Origin: a virus
Lineage: Duplodnaviria; Heunggongvirae; Uroviricota; Caudoviricetes
IMG/VR virus record: IMGVR_UViG_3300045988_143263
Reading direction: 5' to 3' (one strand)
DNA length: 47,925 bases
The notes beneath the pieces were generated by a model that did no database searches, was not told the origin of the DNA, and saw only the letters and a list, made by a program, of their open reading frames with translations. This document shows, one piece after another, positions 9,079 through 19,546 of the stretch. Made by a program: the position numbers and the translations under genes. How positions within the stretch are numbered: position 1 is the stretch's first letter; each line of letters opens with the position of its first letter.

Positions 9079-10195
9079 CCTCTAACCCCGCATACTGGCA
9101 ATTTATATTTCTCTCTCTGGCGACCTGCGTCTCTCCAACCACAGTAAATACAGGACTTGATATTTCTAATCTTTTAGCCCCGGCATTTTTTAAACGTTGA
9201 ATAATTTCATCTGGATTTATATCTCTTCCCATAACCGAACGTTGCCATTGTTTATACTCATCAATAGCTTTCTCAACCTCACTTTGAATTAAAGTTGTTC
9301 TGTTTTTGTCCGATGAGTTAATCCAGTATTTAATTATTATATCGTATTCAATGCTCTCTGGTTTCTTAACAAGAACTTTATCTGTGAATGGTCGAATATT
9401 AGTTGCAGAGAGAACGCTATTTATCTGCTCTAATAATTCATCAGAAGGTATATCTCCGTTCTCTAACAAAGAACGGATTTCTACAGTTCCGGGCGATGGT
9501 GTATATACATTCACATCTTTTATATTCTGATTGGCTGTTCTTGTCCAATATTTATAAGAATCCTCCGGCCCTGCTGTAGATAGTTTTTCCGGCGAAAGTT
9601 TTATTCTTTCAGCATAATTATCATCTGACTCTGTATCAGCACCAGAATTAGATGTTGTTAGATTCCTTACGCTGGAAACATACGGCAACGGAGTCACCAA
9701 CTCATTTATTTGCCCTGGTAAAAATCCATTCCCCGATAAACCAGGTATAACAGCATATCCTGAGACTGTACCAACTGTTTTCCCAGCTGGTATTTCCAAC
9801 AAAACATCTGTTTGGAAAATAACACTATTTCCAGTTGAAATTTGAGTGCCAGCAGGTATTGTATATATCCCCGATAATTTTGTTGACAGATTAAACTCAA
9901 ATGTAGTCAAGGCAGATTGAGCTTCCAGCCTAGGCGTATCCGTCAGATAGCCTATATGGTCGAGATATTCACCTTCACCATATGTAAGAAGGTTTTGTTT
10001 TGCAGAAAAATCGATAGCTTTTCTTTGCTGTATAATAATCTCACACAATGATAAGATGAATAATCTACGTGGATCAGCAGGTGCTAATGTTTCACCTGTT
10101 ATACTCTCAAAAGCCCTGATTGAACGAGTTGTTATATCAGTCGGGTTAGAATCTGCGAAAGTAATATCTGGCAAACCACCGCGCGGCAACGTCAT
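9071..10195 (-). CDS. baseplate protein J-like
   Basis: 374 aa; size and position between the gp25/W-like and I-like genes, conserved myovirus baseplate order. Confidence 0.65.
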   Translation of the reverse strand: MTLPRGGLPDITFADSNPTDITTRSIRAFESITGETLAPADPRRLFILSLCEIIIQQRKAIDFSAKQNLLTYGEGEYLDHIGYLTDTPRLEAQSALTTFEFNLSTKLSGIYTIPAGTQISTGNSVIFQTDVLLEIPAGKTVGTVSGYAVIPGLSGNGFLPGQINELVTPLPYVSSVRNLTTSNSGADTESDDNYAERIKLSPEKLSTAGPEDSYKYWTRTANQNIKDVNVYTPSPGTVEIRSLLENGDIPSDELLEQINSVLSATNIRPFTDKVLVKKPESIEYDIIIKYWINSSDKNRTTLIQSEVEKAIDEYKQWQRSVMGRDINPDEIIQRLKNAGAKRLEISSPVFTVVGETQVARERNINCQYAGLEDG

Positions 10196-10512
10196 TCTCT
10201 AACTCCTATCACAAGTTTTGGCCTAATAAAACCATCAGAAACGTCCGTTCTTTCAAAAGTAACAGAATGGATAATCGCTCTAGGCTCAAACTCACTAATT
10301 TTTTGAATTATTTCTCGTGTTGCTGTAGCAATAAAAATTGGGCTGGGGCTATCAACAAGACTTGAATTAACTCCTAATTTTCTGGCATATGGTACAGTGC
10401 CAATCTGAGTATTAATAATAGTAGAGACATTTTGCAAAACTTCTTCTACAACTGTTTTGGGCGACCAATCAATCGAGTAAGAAGGTGATGATATGGTAAA
10501 CGTATTATTCAT
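10192..10512 (-). CDS. baseplate protein GPW/gp25-like
   Basis: 106 aa; typical size and position for the gp25-like wedge protein. Confidence 0.55.
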   Translation of the reverse strand: MNNTFTISSPSYSIDWSPKTVVEEVLQNVSTIINTQIGTVPYARKLGVNSSLVDSPSPIFIATATREIIQKISEFEPRAIIHSVTFERTDVSDGFIRPKLVIGVRE

Positions 10513-10976
10513 AATAATTTACCTAACGCACTTCTAGTTTTTGACTCTATATTGCCAGCAATATCAACTAATGCTTCTTTCAGAGAGGTCTGTCCGACTT
10601 CCTGTAATTTAATGCCGACGATTATCACTCGTGGATTCCCAGTTGGACCGAAATAAGTCCATGATTCCTCTATATCTGTAATTATAAAATTACCAAAATA
10701 CTGAATACCAATTACAACAGGATTTACTTCCTGAATTGATTGCATTGTCCTAAGTAATGAAAGCGCAGCCAATGGAACAATGCCAAGTGTTGTATCCAAC
10801 CGCATATTAAAACTAACTTCATCCAGATCTGGACCTATATCCTCCAGAACAGGTTTAAGCCCAATAACATCATGGCGCGCTACACGACGCTTTGACGTCC
10901 TTTTAAAATTGTTGAACGTATTCACCACTATTGATGAGGCAACAAAAGGCATTGTACCAAGCATACCCACAATCAT
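10509..10976 (-). CDS. hypothetical baseplate-associated protein
   Basis: 155-aa ORF translationally coupled between the V-like and W-like baseplate genes. Confidence 0.3.
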   Translation of the reverse strand: MIVGMLGTMPFVASSIVVNTFNNFKRTSKRRVARHDVIGLKPVLEDIGPDLDEVSFNMRLDTTLGIVPLAALSLLRTMQSIQEVNPVVIGIQYFGNFIITDIEESWTYFGPTGNPRVIIVGIKLQEVGQTSLKEALVDIAGNIESKTRSALGKLL

Positions 10977-11593
10977 GCCTGAGCCTCCGTTGTCGGAGCG
11001 TATTCCCCCTGAGCTGTGTGATGGTGGCCTTTAGATTTAATCCCATCAACATCTATATCACCACCAACAACCTTAACATCCCCAGAAATTGTAGCTGCAA
11101 CACCTCCAGCAGAAGATCCTTTCATTCCACCTTTGAAGGTTAGTAATCCTTCAACTGTAGCATTTCCGGTAATGATGGTTTCTGGAGCATCAATAGTTAC
11201 GGTTCCTGTAGCCTTAACGGTTACATCTCCGACAGCATCAACAAGGAGTAAATTAGATTCTCTGTCTACCTCAATACGAGTTCCGTTATTAAATCTAATG
11301 ACGCGTTTATTAACCGTATTAGATGGCGGCTTCTGTGTTTCATCATAAAAACTACCAAGAATAAAACCTTGTTGCGGCCCTGCGGGATGAAAGATACACA
11401 AAACTTGCTCACCAATATCTGGCATCCAGTAATCAGCATTCTTATCCGTATTTTTCACAATAACTGATAACTTTGCCGAAGTGACGTTATCCTGATCATC
11501 GAAAGTAACTCTTGCTGTAACATCACCATCATCAATATCAGAAACAACGCCAACTCTTATAGTCTGACGTAATAATGTTTCTAAATCATTCAT
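10973..11593 (-). CDS. baseplate assembly protein V-like (central spike)
   Basis: 206 aa; N-terminal OB-fold-like region and C-terminal Gly-rich beta-helix-like repeats (TVKATGTVTIDAP… VEGLLTFKGG). Confidence 0.55.
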   Translation of the reverse strand: MNDLETLLRQTIRVGVVSDIDDGDVTARVTFDDQDNVTSAKLSVIVKNTDKNADYWMPDIGEQVLCIFHPAGPQQGFILGSFYDETQKPPSNTVNKRVIRFNNGTRIEVDRESNLLLVDAVGDVTVKATGTVTIDAPETIITGNATVEGLLTFKGGMKGSSAGGVAATISGDVKVVGGDIDVDGIKSKGHHHTAQGEYAPTTEAQA

Positions 11594-11595
11594 AA

Positions 11596-12597
11596 TTAAT
11601 ACCCATTAATTACTCTTCGGACATCAATCGAGGTGGTATAACCACTAGCCCCAATTGAATGCACAGCTTTCGATATAAGATATTTTCCAGAAAATGAACC
11701 GAATCCGTCTAGATTTATAGTTACACCAGCAACCAATCTGGTGTCTCCAACCAATACTAAAGATCCTGTATTTTGATATCTATTTTTAAGCCGCAAAGCA
11801 GCCTTTGCCTTACGTTTTGCTTCATCTAAATTAGCTACCAGTTTTCTTATCTTAAGATTCGACCCTTCTTCTACGGATGGATCTACCCAAGTATACGAAA
11901 GCGACTTTCTTTTTTTAGGTACGCGATATTTGCACGTGCAACTTTTATACAAATCTGTAGATTGTGTGCTAAAGCTATATCTGATTATCTCATCAATACC
12001 TAACGTAAGCGTAGCGATAGGATCTTTTTGCTCAAACATCTCTTGAGCAAATATTATTAATTGGCTATCAGTGACCTTTAACGACAACCCTTCATCCTGG
12101 CAAAGTCGATGGAGAAATTTTAAATCGCTTTCCTCCATTTGATCTTCACGCGCATAATATGGATTACTATCACCATCAATAAGAAACAACAGTTCAAGGT
12201 TAGCTAATTTAGCTATAGAAGTTGCTATATCTTTAAGAGTTGTTTTTTCCCATGCATTACTTTTTAAATCACGTCTAATGCCTGATGAAACAGGAACAGA
12301 AACAGCAGTCACCTCAACAACAGAAGGTGGTCCAGAGCAAGTTATGCCATCCACCTGGAATTTCCCGCACTCAAGGACGATTTGATTTATAGGCTTAAAG
12401 CTCAAATCAATAAAATCACCCTTTTTAGGTGTCCAGTCTCCAGACCATTTCCCATCATCATTTTTTAATATAATAGAAATATCATCGACCTGACCATCTT
12501 CATTATCTGTATAAGACATTGACAAAACATCAGGTGACATATGAGCGGTAATATTTACATTCTGATATATAACATCAAAAATCGTTTTACGTAACAC
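11596..12597 (-). CDS. tail protein D-like (late control D / baseplate hub family)
   Basis: 333 aa; position after tape measure and X-like gene; gpD-like composition. Confidence 0.55.
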   Translation of the reverse strand: MLRKTIFDVIYQNVNITAHMSPDVLSMSYTDNEDGQVDDISIILKNDDGKWSGDWTPKKGDFIDLSFKPINQIVLECGKFQVDGITCSGPPSVVEVTAVSVPVSSGIRRDLKSNAWEKTTLKDIATSIAKLANLELLFLIDGDSNPYYAREDQMEESDLKFLHRLCQDEGLSLKVTDSQLIIFAQEMFEQKDPIATLTLGIDEIIRYSFSTQSTDLYKSCTCKYRVPKKRKSLSYTWVDPSVEEGSNLKIRKLVANLDEAKRKAKAALRLKNRYQNTGSLVLVGDTRLVAGVTINLDGFGSFSGKYLISKAVHSIGASGYTTSIDVRRVINGY

Positions 12598-12805
12598 TAT
12601 TGCGTCTCCACGGAGGCAAATTGTTTACTGATATTGGCATAACCGGAGCATCAGGAACTTTAAGAATAATTCCCGCAGAAAAAAGCACCGTAAAGCGGTG
12701 CTCAGTATTAGCATCAATAAGAAGATAAGACAGGTACTCATTACCATACAACTTTAACGCGATACTATCCCATGAGTCCCCTTGAACCGTTCTATAATCA
12801 TCCAA
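12587..12805 (-). CDS. tail protein X-like (LysM-type small tail protein)
   Basis: 72 aa; MDDYRTVQGDSWDSIALKLYGNEYL resembles the LysM-like N-terminus of P2 gpX-family proteins. Confidence 0.5.
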   Translation of the reverse strand: MDDYRTVQGDSWDSIALKLYGNEYLSYLLIDANTEHRFTVLFSAGIILKVPDAPVMPISVNNLPPWRRNSVT

Positions 12806-15590
12806 AACTTAATCTCCGTTGTTGGAACATATGAGCACTCAATTTCTTCTCAAAATCAGAATATCCCGCATCTAATGCTCTTTTAGCTGCCGCCTCAGTT
12901 TCCTTTGGTGAACCAGCCGGAAGATTGATTACAGGTGAATAGGTTATTCCACCAGTCACAGCGTTAACGTTCTGGCGAGGTCCAGAAGCCCCGGCGGCAG
13001 ATATCCCGTGAGGTGATAAATTTGATTGCCCGAACTTGGTTGCTATTGCATTCTGTAAGCTGTTATTCCTGCTAACACCTGATGCCAGAGTAGTCATTAT
13101 TGCACCACCTGACTTTGTTAGCTGTGAGAATGGACCTTTTTTCGCGTCAGAGAACGGTAAATACTCACGTACAGAAGAAAAAACGCCTTTCACTTCATTA
13201 ATTAAAGCATTTGCTTTTGATTTTATCCCAATGATTAACGTCTCAATTATTTTTGCACCTGACTCACTCCAGTTTATTCCAGATAAATAAGCCGTTACAG
13301 ATTGGAATGCTCTTATAAAGAGTCCAACTGGCGAAAAACGCATAAAAACAGATACCAGTGTATCTATGATTTTCTTTCCTGTTTCGCTCCAGTTAATGCC
13401 AGAAAGGTAATTTGTTGTAAGTTTAAATGCTTTAATTAAGAACGGAAGCGGAGACATCAATTTAAAAGCACTAATTAATGTACTGTAAATTCTTACTCCT
13501 GCCGAACTCCAGTTTATGTTGGAAAGATAATCCCATGCTTTACCAAACATAGATATAATCCATCCATTGAGATCAAAGTTTAAGATAAAGTTTTTTATAG
13601 CCTCAAACGATTTAACTGTATATTCCTTAACAGAAGGCCAAACTCTGACAGCATAATCTCTGATCTTATCCCAGTTCTGATAGAGCAATATTCCTGCGGC
13701 AACCAGCGCAGATATAGCCATCTGAATCCACCCGAAGGGTGTTAGCTTTGTCGCTACAGATAAAGCCAGCATAGCTACCCTACACGCTATAACCACACTT
13801 TTCATGGTTAGAAACGCACCTGCCGCCATCACTATCTGAGACACAAAATTGGGGTTGTTAGCTACAAATTCACTAATTTTTGTAATCAGCGGAACCAAAA
13901 CACTAAGCGCGGCATTCAAAGCAGGTTGCAAGGCCTGACCAAAACTTAATGATGCATTGCTAGCCTGAATACGTAATTGTTTCAATCGCTCCGCATTATC
14001 TTTCGTTATGTTGGCAAAATCGCGGTCAATAACAGCACTTCCAGCTCCAAGAGATGTTGCTTTGATTCTCTGGTATTCCTTCCAGTTTTGAATCATCGGA
14101 CGAACAAAGTTCTGAACCTGCATATCGCCAAATAGTTCACCAAGTAACTTCTGATCTCCGTTCTTAGTCATTTTCATGACAGAATGCATTGCAGCTTCGA
14201 ATGGATTCTTCCCTTTTTTCTGCGCTGTTGTGACAATTTTATATAAATCTACACCGAAATTTTTCTTTGCTTTTTTTAGTGTTTCAGGGGAAAGTATTTT
14301 TGCCAAAAAGTTGTTCATATTATTAGCAGCCTCATCCGAAGTTGCAGCACCTTTGCGAGCTATCTGCAAAGCTGCCCCCATCGTCGCGGCGGCTTCTTTA
14401 CCTCCCATTTTTAATGCCTGGAACTGAGCACCAAGCACAGGAAGATTTTTGGCCATATCTTTAAATTCAAAGTTTCCCTCTTTCCCTGCCTGAACCAGAA
14501 TCCCCATTGCAGACTTCATTTGAGATGGATCAATCTTCAATGAGTCACTTAATGTAAATGATGCTTTCGAGACATCGAGGATATCAGAGCCAGTAGCTGT
14601 AGCTGTTCGCCCAATAGTTAGTAGATTCGCCTGAGCCTCTTTATAATCCTGCCCAGCAGCGACGAGAAAACCCTGAGCGGCCTGAATATCAGATGCAAAC
14701 TGGTTGGTGGCCGTTCCGGTAACAAGCATCGCCTGCCCCATCGCCTGAACTTCTTCCGGCTTCATATCTGCCGTAAGACCAATCATTTTGTTTTCACGAT
14801 TGAAATTTGCTGCATTGTTAGCAGCAGCAAATGCACCAGCCGCTACAGCACCAGTTTGTAATCCTGACCTTACAAGTTGACTCTTTGCCTCACCAAGATG
14901 CTCTCGCTTCAATTCACGCTGCCTTTCCAACGCGCGGTTTAACTCCTCCTGAGCACGTTTTACTGCAAGAACATTTTTCCGTGCTTCAGCCAACGCATTT
15001 TTATAGCTGTTAATTTTATCAATACGTTGTTTTTCTAATGCCCGGTTAAGTTCCTCCTGCTGTTTTTTCACTTGCTGAACATTTGCTCTGGCTAAAGCCA
15101 AAGCCGTTCTGTAGCGGTTAACCTGCTCAACGCTACGGGCCTGAGCCTCACGATTACGATCAATGCTTGCTTTAAGCTCTTTCTCTCTTGAGGCCAAAGC
15201 TCTGGCAGATGTATCAGCTCCCTGATACGCAGACTTTAAAGCGGCCAGTTCTTCACGCTGAGAACGTAGTGATGCTCGTAAATTTGATGAATGTGTTTTT
15301 GCCTTCTCAAAGTCACGAAGCATCGCTCTGGTTGGATTGGCCGTGTTTTTTATTTGCTTCTGTAACTCTTCAACGCGAGCGGCAGCTTTATGATATTCGA
15401 GGGCAGTCTGTCCAACCTTTACTTTTACAGATTGTAGCTTTTGAATTTCCCCATGTTCTTTCGTTAATCCAGCAAGCTCGGCATTTAATTTAGCAACAGC
15501 CTGATTAGCTGTAGTAAAACTTTTGGGGAGAGAGGCGGCAACTTTGCCGCCAATTTCAAAAGCCAGCTTAAAGTTCTTATTGCTGGCCAT
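12798..15590 (-). CDS. tail tape measure protein
   Basis: 930 aa; long Ala/Gln/Lys-rich coiled-coil N-terminal region, hydrophobic segments and C-terminal repeats; follows the chaperone pair. Confidence 0.8.
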   Translation of the reverse strand: MASNKNFKLAFEIGGKVAASLPKSFTTANQAVAKLNAELAGLTKEHGEIQKLQSVKVKVGQTALEYHKAAARVEELQKQIKNTANPTRAMLRDFEKAKTHSSNLRASLRSQREELAALKSAYQGADTSARALASREKELKASIDRNREAQARSVEQVNRYRTALALARANVQQVKKQQEELNRALEKQRIDKINSYKNALAEARKNVLAVKRAQEELNRALERQRELKREHLGEAKSQLVRSGLQTGAVAAGAFAAANNAANFNRENKMIGLTADMKPEEVQAMGQAMLVTGTATNQFASDIQAAQGFLVAAGQDYKEAQANLLTIGRTATATGSDILDVSKASFTLSDSLKIDPSQMKSAMGILVQAGKEGNFEFKDMAKNLPVLGAQFQALKMGGKEAAATMGAALQIARKGAATSDEAANNMNNFLAKILSPETLKKAKKNFGVDLYKIVTTAQKKGKNPFEAAMHSVMKMTKNGDQKLLGELFGDMQVQNFVRPMIQNWKEYQRIKATSLGAGSAVIDRDFANITKDNAERLKQLRIQASNASLSFGQALQPALNAALSVLVPLITKISEFVANNPNFVSQIVMAAGAFLTMKSVVIACRVAMLALSVATKLTPFGWIQMAISALVAAGILLYQNWDKIRDYAVRVWPSVKEYTVKSFEAIKNFILNFDLNGWIISMFGKAWDYLSNINWSSAGVRIYSTLISAFKLMSPLPFLIKAFKLTTNYLSGINWSETGKKIIDTLVSVFMRFSPVGLFIRAFQSVTAYLSGINWSESGAKIIETLIIGIKSKANALINEVKGVFSSVREYLPFSDAKKGPFSQLTKSGGAIMTTLASGVSRNNSLQNAIATKFGQSNLSPHGISAAGASGPRQNVNAVTGGITYSPVINLPAGSPKETEAAAKRALDAGYSDFEKKLSAHMFQQRRLSFG

Positions 15591-15595
15591 TAGTA

Positions 15596-15778
15596 TTAAT
15601 CCTCATTAAACACATCAATCCATGCGACGATTCGCCTCAACCGAAGCGAAAGCCAGTAGGATATAGGTGTTGATTGAGATGATTGAGATAGAGAACTCGC
15701 GGCCCTCATTATTTGCTTATCAATAGGTTTTTGCTCATCAAAACCTACGAGAGCAAAAAATTCTGTACCTTTTGACAA
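15596..15778 (-). CDS. tail assembly chaperone frameshift extension (-1 frame ORF)
   Basis: Overlaps the 3' end of 15745..16026 in the -1 frame; slippery-like TTTTTTG at 15754..15760 (minus strand). Confidence 0.4.
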   Translation of the reverse strand: MSKGTEFFALVGFDEQKPIDKQIMRAASSLSQSSQSTPISYWLSLRLRRIVAWIDVFNED

Positions 15779-16026
15779 ACTTTAACAAAGTCTTTCGCTG
15801 GCAATCCATTCAGATACTCTATTGGACGGCCAATACAGCGAGCAGCCAAGGCTGCATGGACTTTATTATCAAGTGATGTTTGAACTGAAACATGCCCTTG
15901 AGATTGCAGTAAGTCCGATACCTCTAAAATATCACTGCCTTTTAGGCTGTCTAAATCAAGGTTGAGTTCAGTCACCGGCTCAAAGTCTTCAAAACGATAT
16001 TCTTTACTTAATTTAACGGTTTCCAT
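15745..16026 (-). CDS. tail assembly chaperone
   Basis: 93-aa acidic protein between tail tube and tape measure genes. Confidence 0.5.
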   Translation of the reverse strand: METVKLSKEYRFEDFEPVTELNLDLDSLKGSDILEVSDLLQSQGHVSVQTSLDNKVHAALAARCIGRPIEYLNGLPAKDFVKVCQKVQNFLLS

Positions 16027-16035
16027 TTTGTCACC

Positions 16036-16557
16036 TTATAAACCTAAATCATCACGAACGCTTTTTAATATATCTTCACCATCAAAGATACAAATAAAGT
16101 TCAACTTATCAATTTCCAAGACTTCTTTTCCATCAATAAATAATTTGATATAGAGAACTTCAAATTCATTCTCTGAATCAGTAGCCTTTGCCACCTGTAG
16201 CGAACCTAAATCCAGTTTTTTAGGGTTTAGCTTCATTGAAGCCCGAATAGGAACCGTTTTATATTTTCCTGTTCCTGCATCATAAACCTGCTGGCTACCG
16301 CGAAAATCTACCTGATGAGATGAGGATAGAAATAATTTTGTACCAGCAGAGGTCAGAGTTCGCCATTTAAGAGAGACGGTCATTGGTTTGAAATGCCCCA
16401 GCGTTCCGCTCTCAAGCTCTCCAGCGATACCTGCACCACTAACTGTCTCTGTCATCATCTCAATTGATGGCAGCTTTGCGTCAGCAACACCGATAATACG
16501 GTTTCCTTCACCGTATACTGTAAAGTTAATAAGTCTCTCAGGAATTTGATTGCTCAA
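16036..16557 (-). CDS. tail tube protein
   Basis: 173 aa, immediately downstream of the sheath gene. Confidence 0.6.
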   Translation of the reverse strand: MSNQIPERLINFTVYGEGNRIIGVADAKLPSIEMMTETVSGAGIAGELESGTLGHFKPMTVSLKWRTLTSAGTKLFLSSSHQVDFRGSQQVYDAGTGKYKTVPIRASMKLNPKKLDLGSLQVAKATDSENEFEVLYIKLFIDGKEVLEIDKLNFICIFDGEDILKSVRDDLGL

Positions 16558-16573
16558 AGCAACCTCCTATTAT

Positions 16574-18037
16574 TTATTCAGAAAACAAGTTCAGCAGATA
16601 ATCAGGATTATATTCCATGACGAACTCAATATCTCTGGCAGGTGAGAATGGTGTCATTTTTACATGGAATTTAACAATCCCGTCCATTAATGACGTAATC
16701 GTGTTTTCAGACTGATCAAAGGTAACAACACCACCTGCAATATCCTGATTACCTGTGAGGCCGTTAAGCCAAATATTCGCACTTGTAACAATCGATTCAA
16801 TTAATCGACGGTTTGCAGGATTGTCTATTTTTGACCAATGCGAAAGAATTAACGTATTACCCACCCAGTTAAACATACGTCGGCAAACACGAAATGCGTC
16901 TTTGGGGTCTGTAGATGTTGGATAAATAGCATTACGGTTTCCCCATGATTTCCAACCATCAAAATTAAGGCTTGTTACAATCCCCTGTCCATTTAAGTAG
17001 TTTGCCTGGCTAATGTTAAGCCATACTTCACTGCCATCTTTACGTACAGCACCGTCCATCTGTAGTTTTATATTTGACGGAGAACGTGATGGAATATCAC
17101 CATACTGACTATCCAGCAAGCATGTTGCGGCCGCTAAATGGGTTGAGTGATGGTAAATATTGTCACCAAGTTTCACCATCGGCCAGCACACTGTCTGGTT
17201 AGCGGCCATGTGATTATTGTTCTGTTTCCATTCAGGAACAGCCGAGTAATCACTGATAGTAGATTTATCGGTCGGCGCATCCGTTATAGCTTCTGCTTTG
17301 AACAATTCACTAATCAGCGCGGCTTTAGCCGCCATTAGCTGACCAACTTCACTATCAGAACTAAATCCAGGTGCAATCACTTGTCCAGGAACTAACTTGA
17401 AGCGGGGATACACATCTGACAGTAACTCAAGCCCTGTATTGGCTTTAGTGTTGGAATCCACACCACCGATAATGTCATTTTTAGTTACGGCACCGGGATC
17501 AAGATGCGTATAACTAACCTTAAGAGTAGCGTCTTTTTCGGTAATTTTTCCTCCGCTAATAGCTGTAATGACCGTATAGCCATTATCATCCAGCGCCAGC
17601 ACATAATCGGTATCAACCGTTAACCCAGGCGAATCACCATCTGCTTTTTTCACAACAACAGATTTATATAAGACACCATCGTTAGAGAGCGTACCTTTCC
17701 CGCCAGAAAGTTTTACTAACTCATCAGTAACGTCTTTCTTATGCTTTGCTGGATCAAGCACATTGATAAATACAACTGGCGCAACACCATATATTCCAAA
17801 TGCGACTTTAATTACTTCGCTTAAAGTATATTTCTCGAAGTTTGTGCTATATCCTATTTTAGATACGGCCTCTGCGTATGTATAAGCAATGATAGGTTTA
17901 TTTACCGCTGAGGCTGGATCTTCTAACTGATTAACAGGAGCCGTACCAAATGCGACAATCAACCCAGCACTAACTTGCACTGGAGGAGTTATAGATGTAG
18001 CCAGTTCAGATATATAAATACCGTGGCGATATCCCAT
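16574..18037 (-). CDS. contractile tail sheath protein
   Basis: 487 aa; sheath-like size and sequence character; followed by tube gene. Confidence 0.8.
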   Translation of the reverse strand: MGYRHGIYISELATSITPPVQVSAGLIVAFGTAPVNQLEDPASAVNKPIIAYTYAEAVSKIGYSTNFEKYTLSEVIKVAFGIYGVAPVVFINVLDPAKHKKDVTDELVKLSGGKGTLSNDGVLYKSVVVKKADGDSPGLTVDTDYVLALDDNGYTVITAISGGKITEKDATLKVSYTHLDPGAVTKNDIIGGVDSNTKANTGLELLSDVYPRFKLVPGQVIAPGFSSDSEVGQLMAAKAALISELFKAEAITDAPTDKSTISDYSAVPEWKQNNNHMAANQTVCWPMVKLGDNIYHHSTHLAAATCLLDSQYGDIPSRSPSNIKLQMDGAVRKDGSEVWLNISQANYLNGQGIVTSLNFDGWKSWGNRNAIYPTSTDPKDAFRVCRRMFNWVGNTLILSHWSKIDNPANRRLIESIVTSANIWLNGLTGNQDIAGGVVTFDQSENTITSLMDGIVKFHVKMTPFSPARDIEFVMEYNPDYLLNLFSE

Positions 18038-18327
18038 TATTTAATCTCCATGATAGAAGAAGAAACTCTAGAGTACATTACATACTCGACACTGGTTTTA
18101 TCAGAAAGTCTTTTCTCTGCATCTGCAAAATCACTGGTTGCCACAAACAAACACTTTGCACCAGGAATATGTGATATTAATTTTTTACACTCTGGAGATA
18201 AGCCATTCTTAAATAGTTTATGCTTCAAAATTGAGAGTTGAGGGATTGTTGGTCCTATATATACAAATGTTTGAGCAACATCTTCCTTCTTTTCTATATC
18301 TTCTTTACTACTTTTCTTATTAGCCAT
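18037..18327 (-). CDS. hypothetical protein (head-tail region)
   Basis: 96-aa ORF coupled to the sheath gene. Confidence 0.3.
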   Translation of the reverse strand: MANKKSSKEDIEKKEDVAQTFVYIGPTIPQLSILKHKLFKNGLSPECKKLISHIPGAKCLFVATSDFADAEKRLSDKTSVEYVMYSRVSSSIMEIK

Positions 18328-18813
18328 TTAGATAAACTCCTGAGACTGAATATTCTGAGGCTTTAATACTATCCACGTTCCAGTTGCTTCCGTTATCCAA
18401 TATGGATACGGTTGATCATCAAACATTCGCCATCTGATATCGCCCTGAAAGAGAAATTTCTCTTCAAGTAAAGGCTTCTCCTGAAAATGAAACATCATCC
18501 TTTCAAGAAGAGCCATTACCCATTCATATCCAGTATGGTCCTCACAAAAACCACCTAGAAGAAACTTAACCTTAACTTCATCCGTTTCAGGCTGCATTCC
18601 TCCTTCCGTGGGCCTGATAATCACATGAGGAAATTCTGGCGGTTTATCTGGAGATGGTTGTGATTTAGGAGGCAAGTACCCTTTAAATATTGTTGGAACA
18701 AACAATTTAATATCGCTGTCTGTTTCATCATAAGGAGGTCCCTGCACTAATAAATCATGGAAAACCTCATGTTCCAACCGATTTTTTATTGCATCTATCA
18801 AAAGATTAATCAA
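18328..18813 (-). CDS. hypothetical protein, possible neck/tail completion protein
   Basis: 161-aa ORF between head and tail modules. Confidence 0.3.
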   Translation of the reverse strand: MINLLIDAIKNRLEHEVFHDLLVQGPPYDETDSDIKLFVPTIFKGYLPPKSQPSPDKPPEFPHVIIRPTEGGMQPETDEVKVKFLLGGFCEDHTGYEWVMALLERMMFHFQEKPLLEEKFLFQGDIRWRMFDDQPYPYWITEATGTWIVLKPQNIQSQEFI

Positions 18814-19154
18814 ATCGGCATTCCTCTGTTAGTATTAACAGTGAGAGTTATTTCCAATACACCAACATTATCTGATACTTCATCAACAATATAATTTTTA
18901 CCGTTGATTTTCATTGACTGGTCTTTGACAGGGAGAACAGGAAAATCTTTTCTTGAAACAAATAATATTATTTGCCCCTGATTTATTCCCTCTGCAAACT
19001 CAGCATATGAGCGTTTATTCCGCTCATGAATAAGGTCTGTATCAATAACGGCAAGGATATCCTTGCCGTCTATGTTATATGTATCGGCAAACTCTTTTTC
19101 ATTGAGGAATATTGCAGAAATATCTTGCGCTATAACCTCTTTGAAGGAGTTCAT
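18810..19154 (-). CDS. hypothetical protein, possible head-tail connector
   Basis: 114-aa ORF overlapping neighbours by 4 nt. Confidence 0.3.
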   Translation of the reverse strand: MNSFKEVIAQDISAIFLNEKEFADTYNIDGKDILAVIDTDLIHERNKRSYAEFAEGINQGQIILFVSRKDFPVLPVKDQSMKINGKNYIVDEVSDNVGVLEITLTVNTNRGMPI

Positions 19155-19546
19155 TACTTCTTATTACCTTTTTTTTGCGTTGATTTTTTCGCATTACTGG
19201 TATCAGAAGTAGCTACAGATTCAGATGAATCATCAGCAACCGTTTCCTCATTGCCGCCATCATCCTCAAACTCAACCTCGAATACACAGCTACCCGCCTC
19301 CGTTCGCGTAATCAACCCCGCGTCCACAGCATCATTAACAGCAGATGCGTATCCATGCTCAAAAGCTAACTTAGCAGCATCATAGCCCCCAGCCGATGCC
19401 AAATCACCATCCTCTTCGGTGGCAATAGCATGTCCTGACGCAATCAGTTCGGCAATTCTGGAGTTATCCATTAGCCCATTAAGCAAACGGCCCGCTTTTA
19501 GCGAGCCGTGGCTTATCGTATCAATGTTTTTAATCAGTCTGGCCAT
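19154..19546 (-). CDS. hypothetical head-associated protein (acidic C-terminus)
   Basis: 130-aa ORF directly downstream of the major capsid gene. Confidence 0.3.
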   Translation of the reverse strand: MARLIKNIDTISHGSLKAGRLLNGLMDNSRIAELIASGHAIATEEDGDLASAGGYDAAKLAFEHGYASAVNDAVDAGLITRTEAGSCVFEVEFEDDGGNEETVADDSSESVATSDTSNAKKSTQKKGNKK

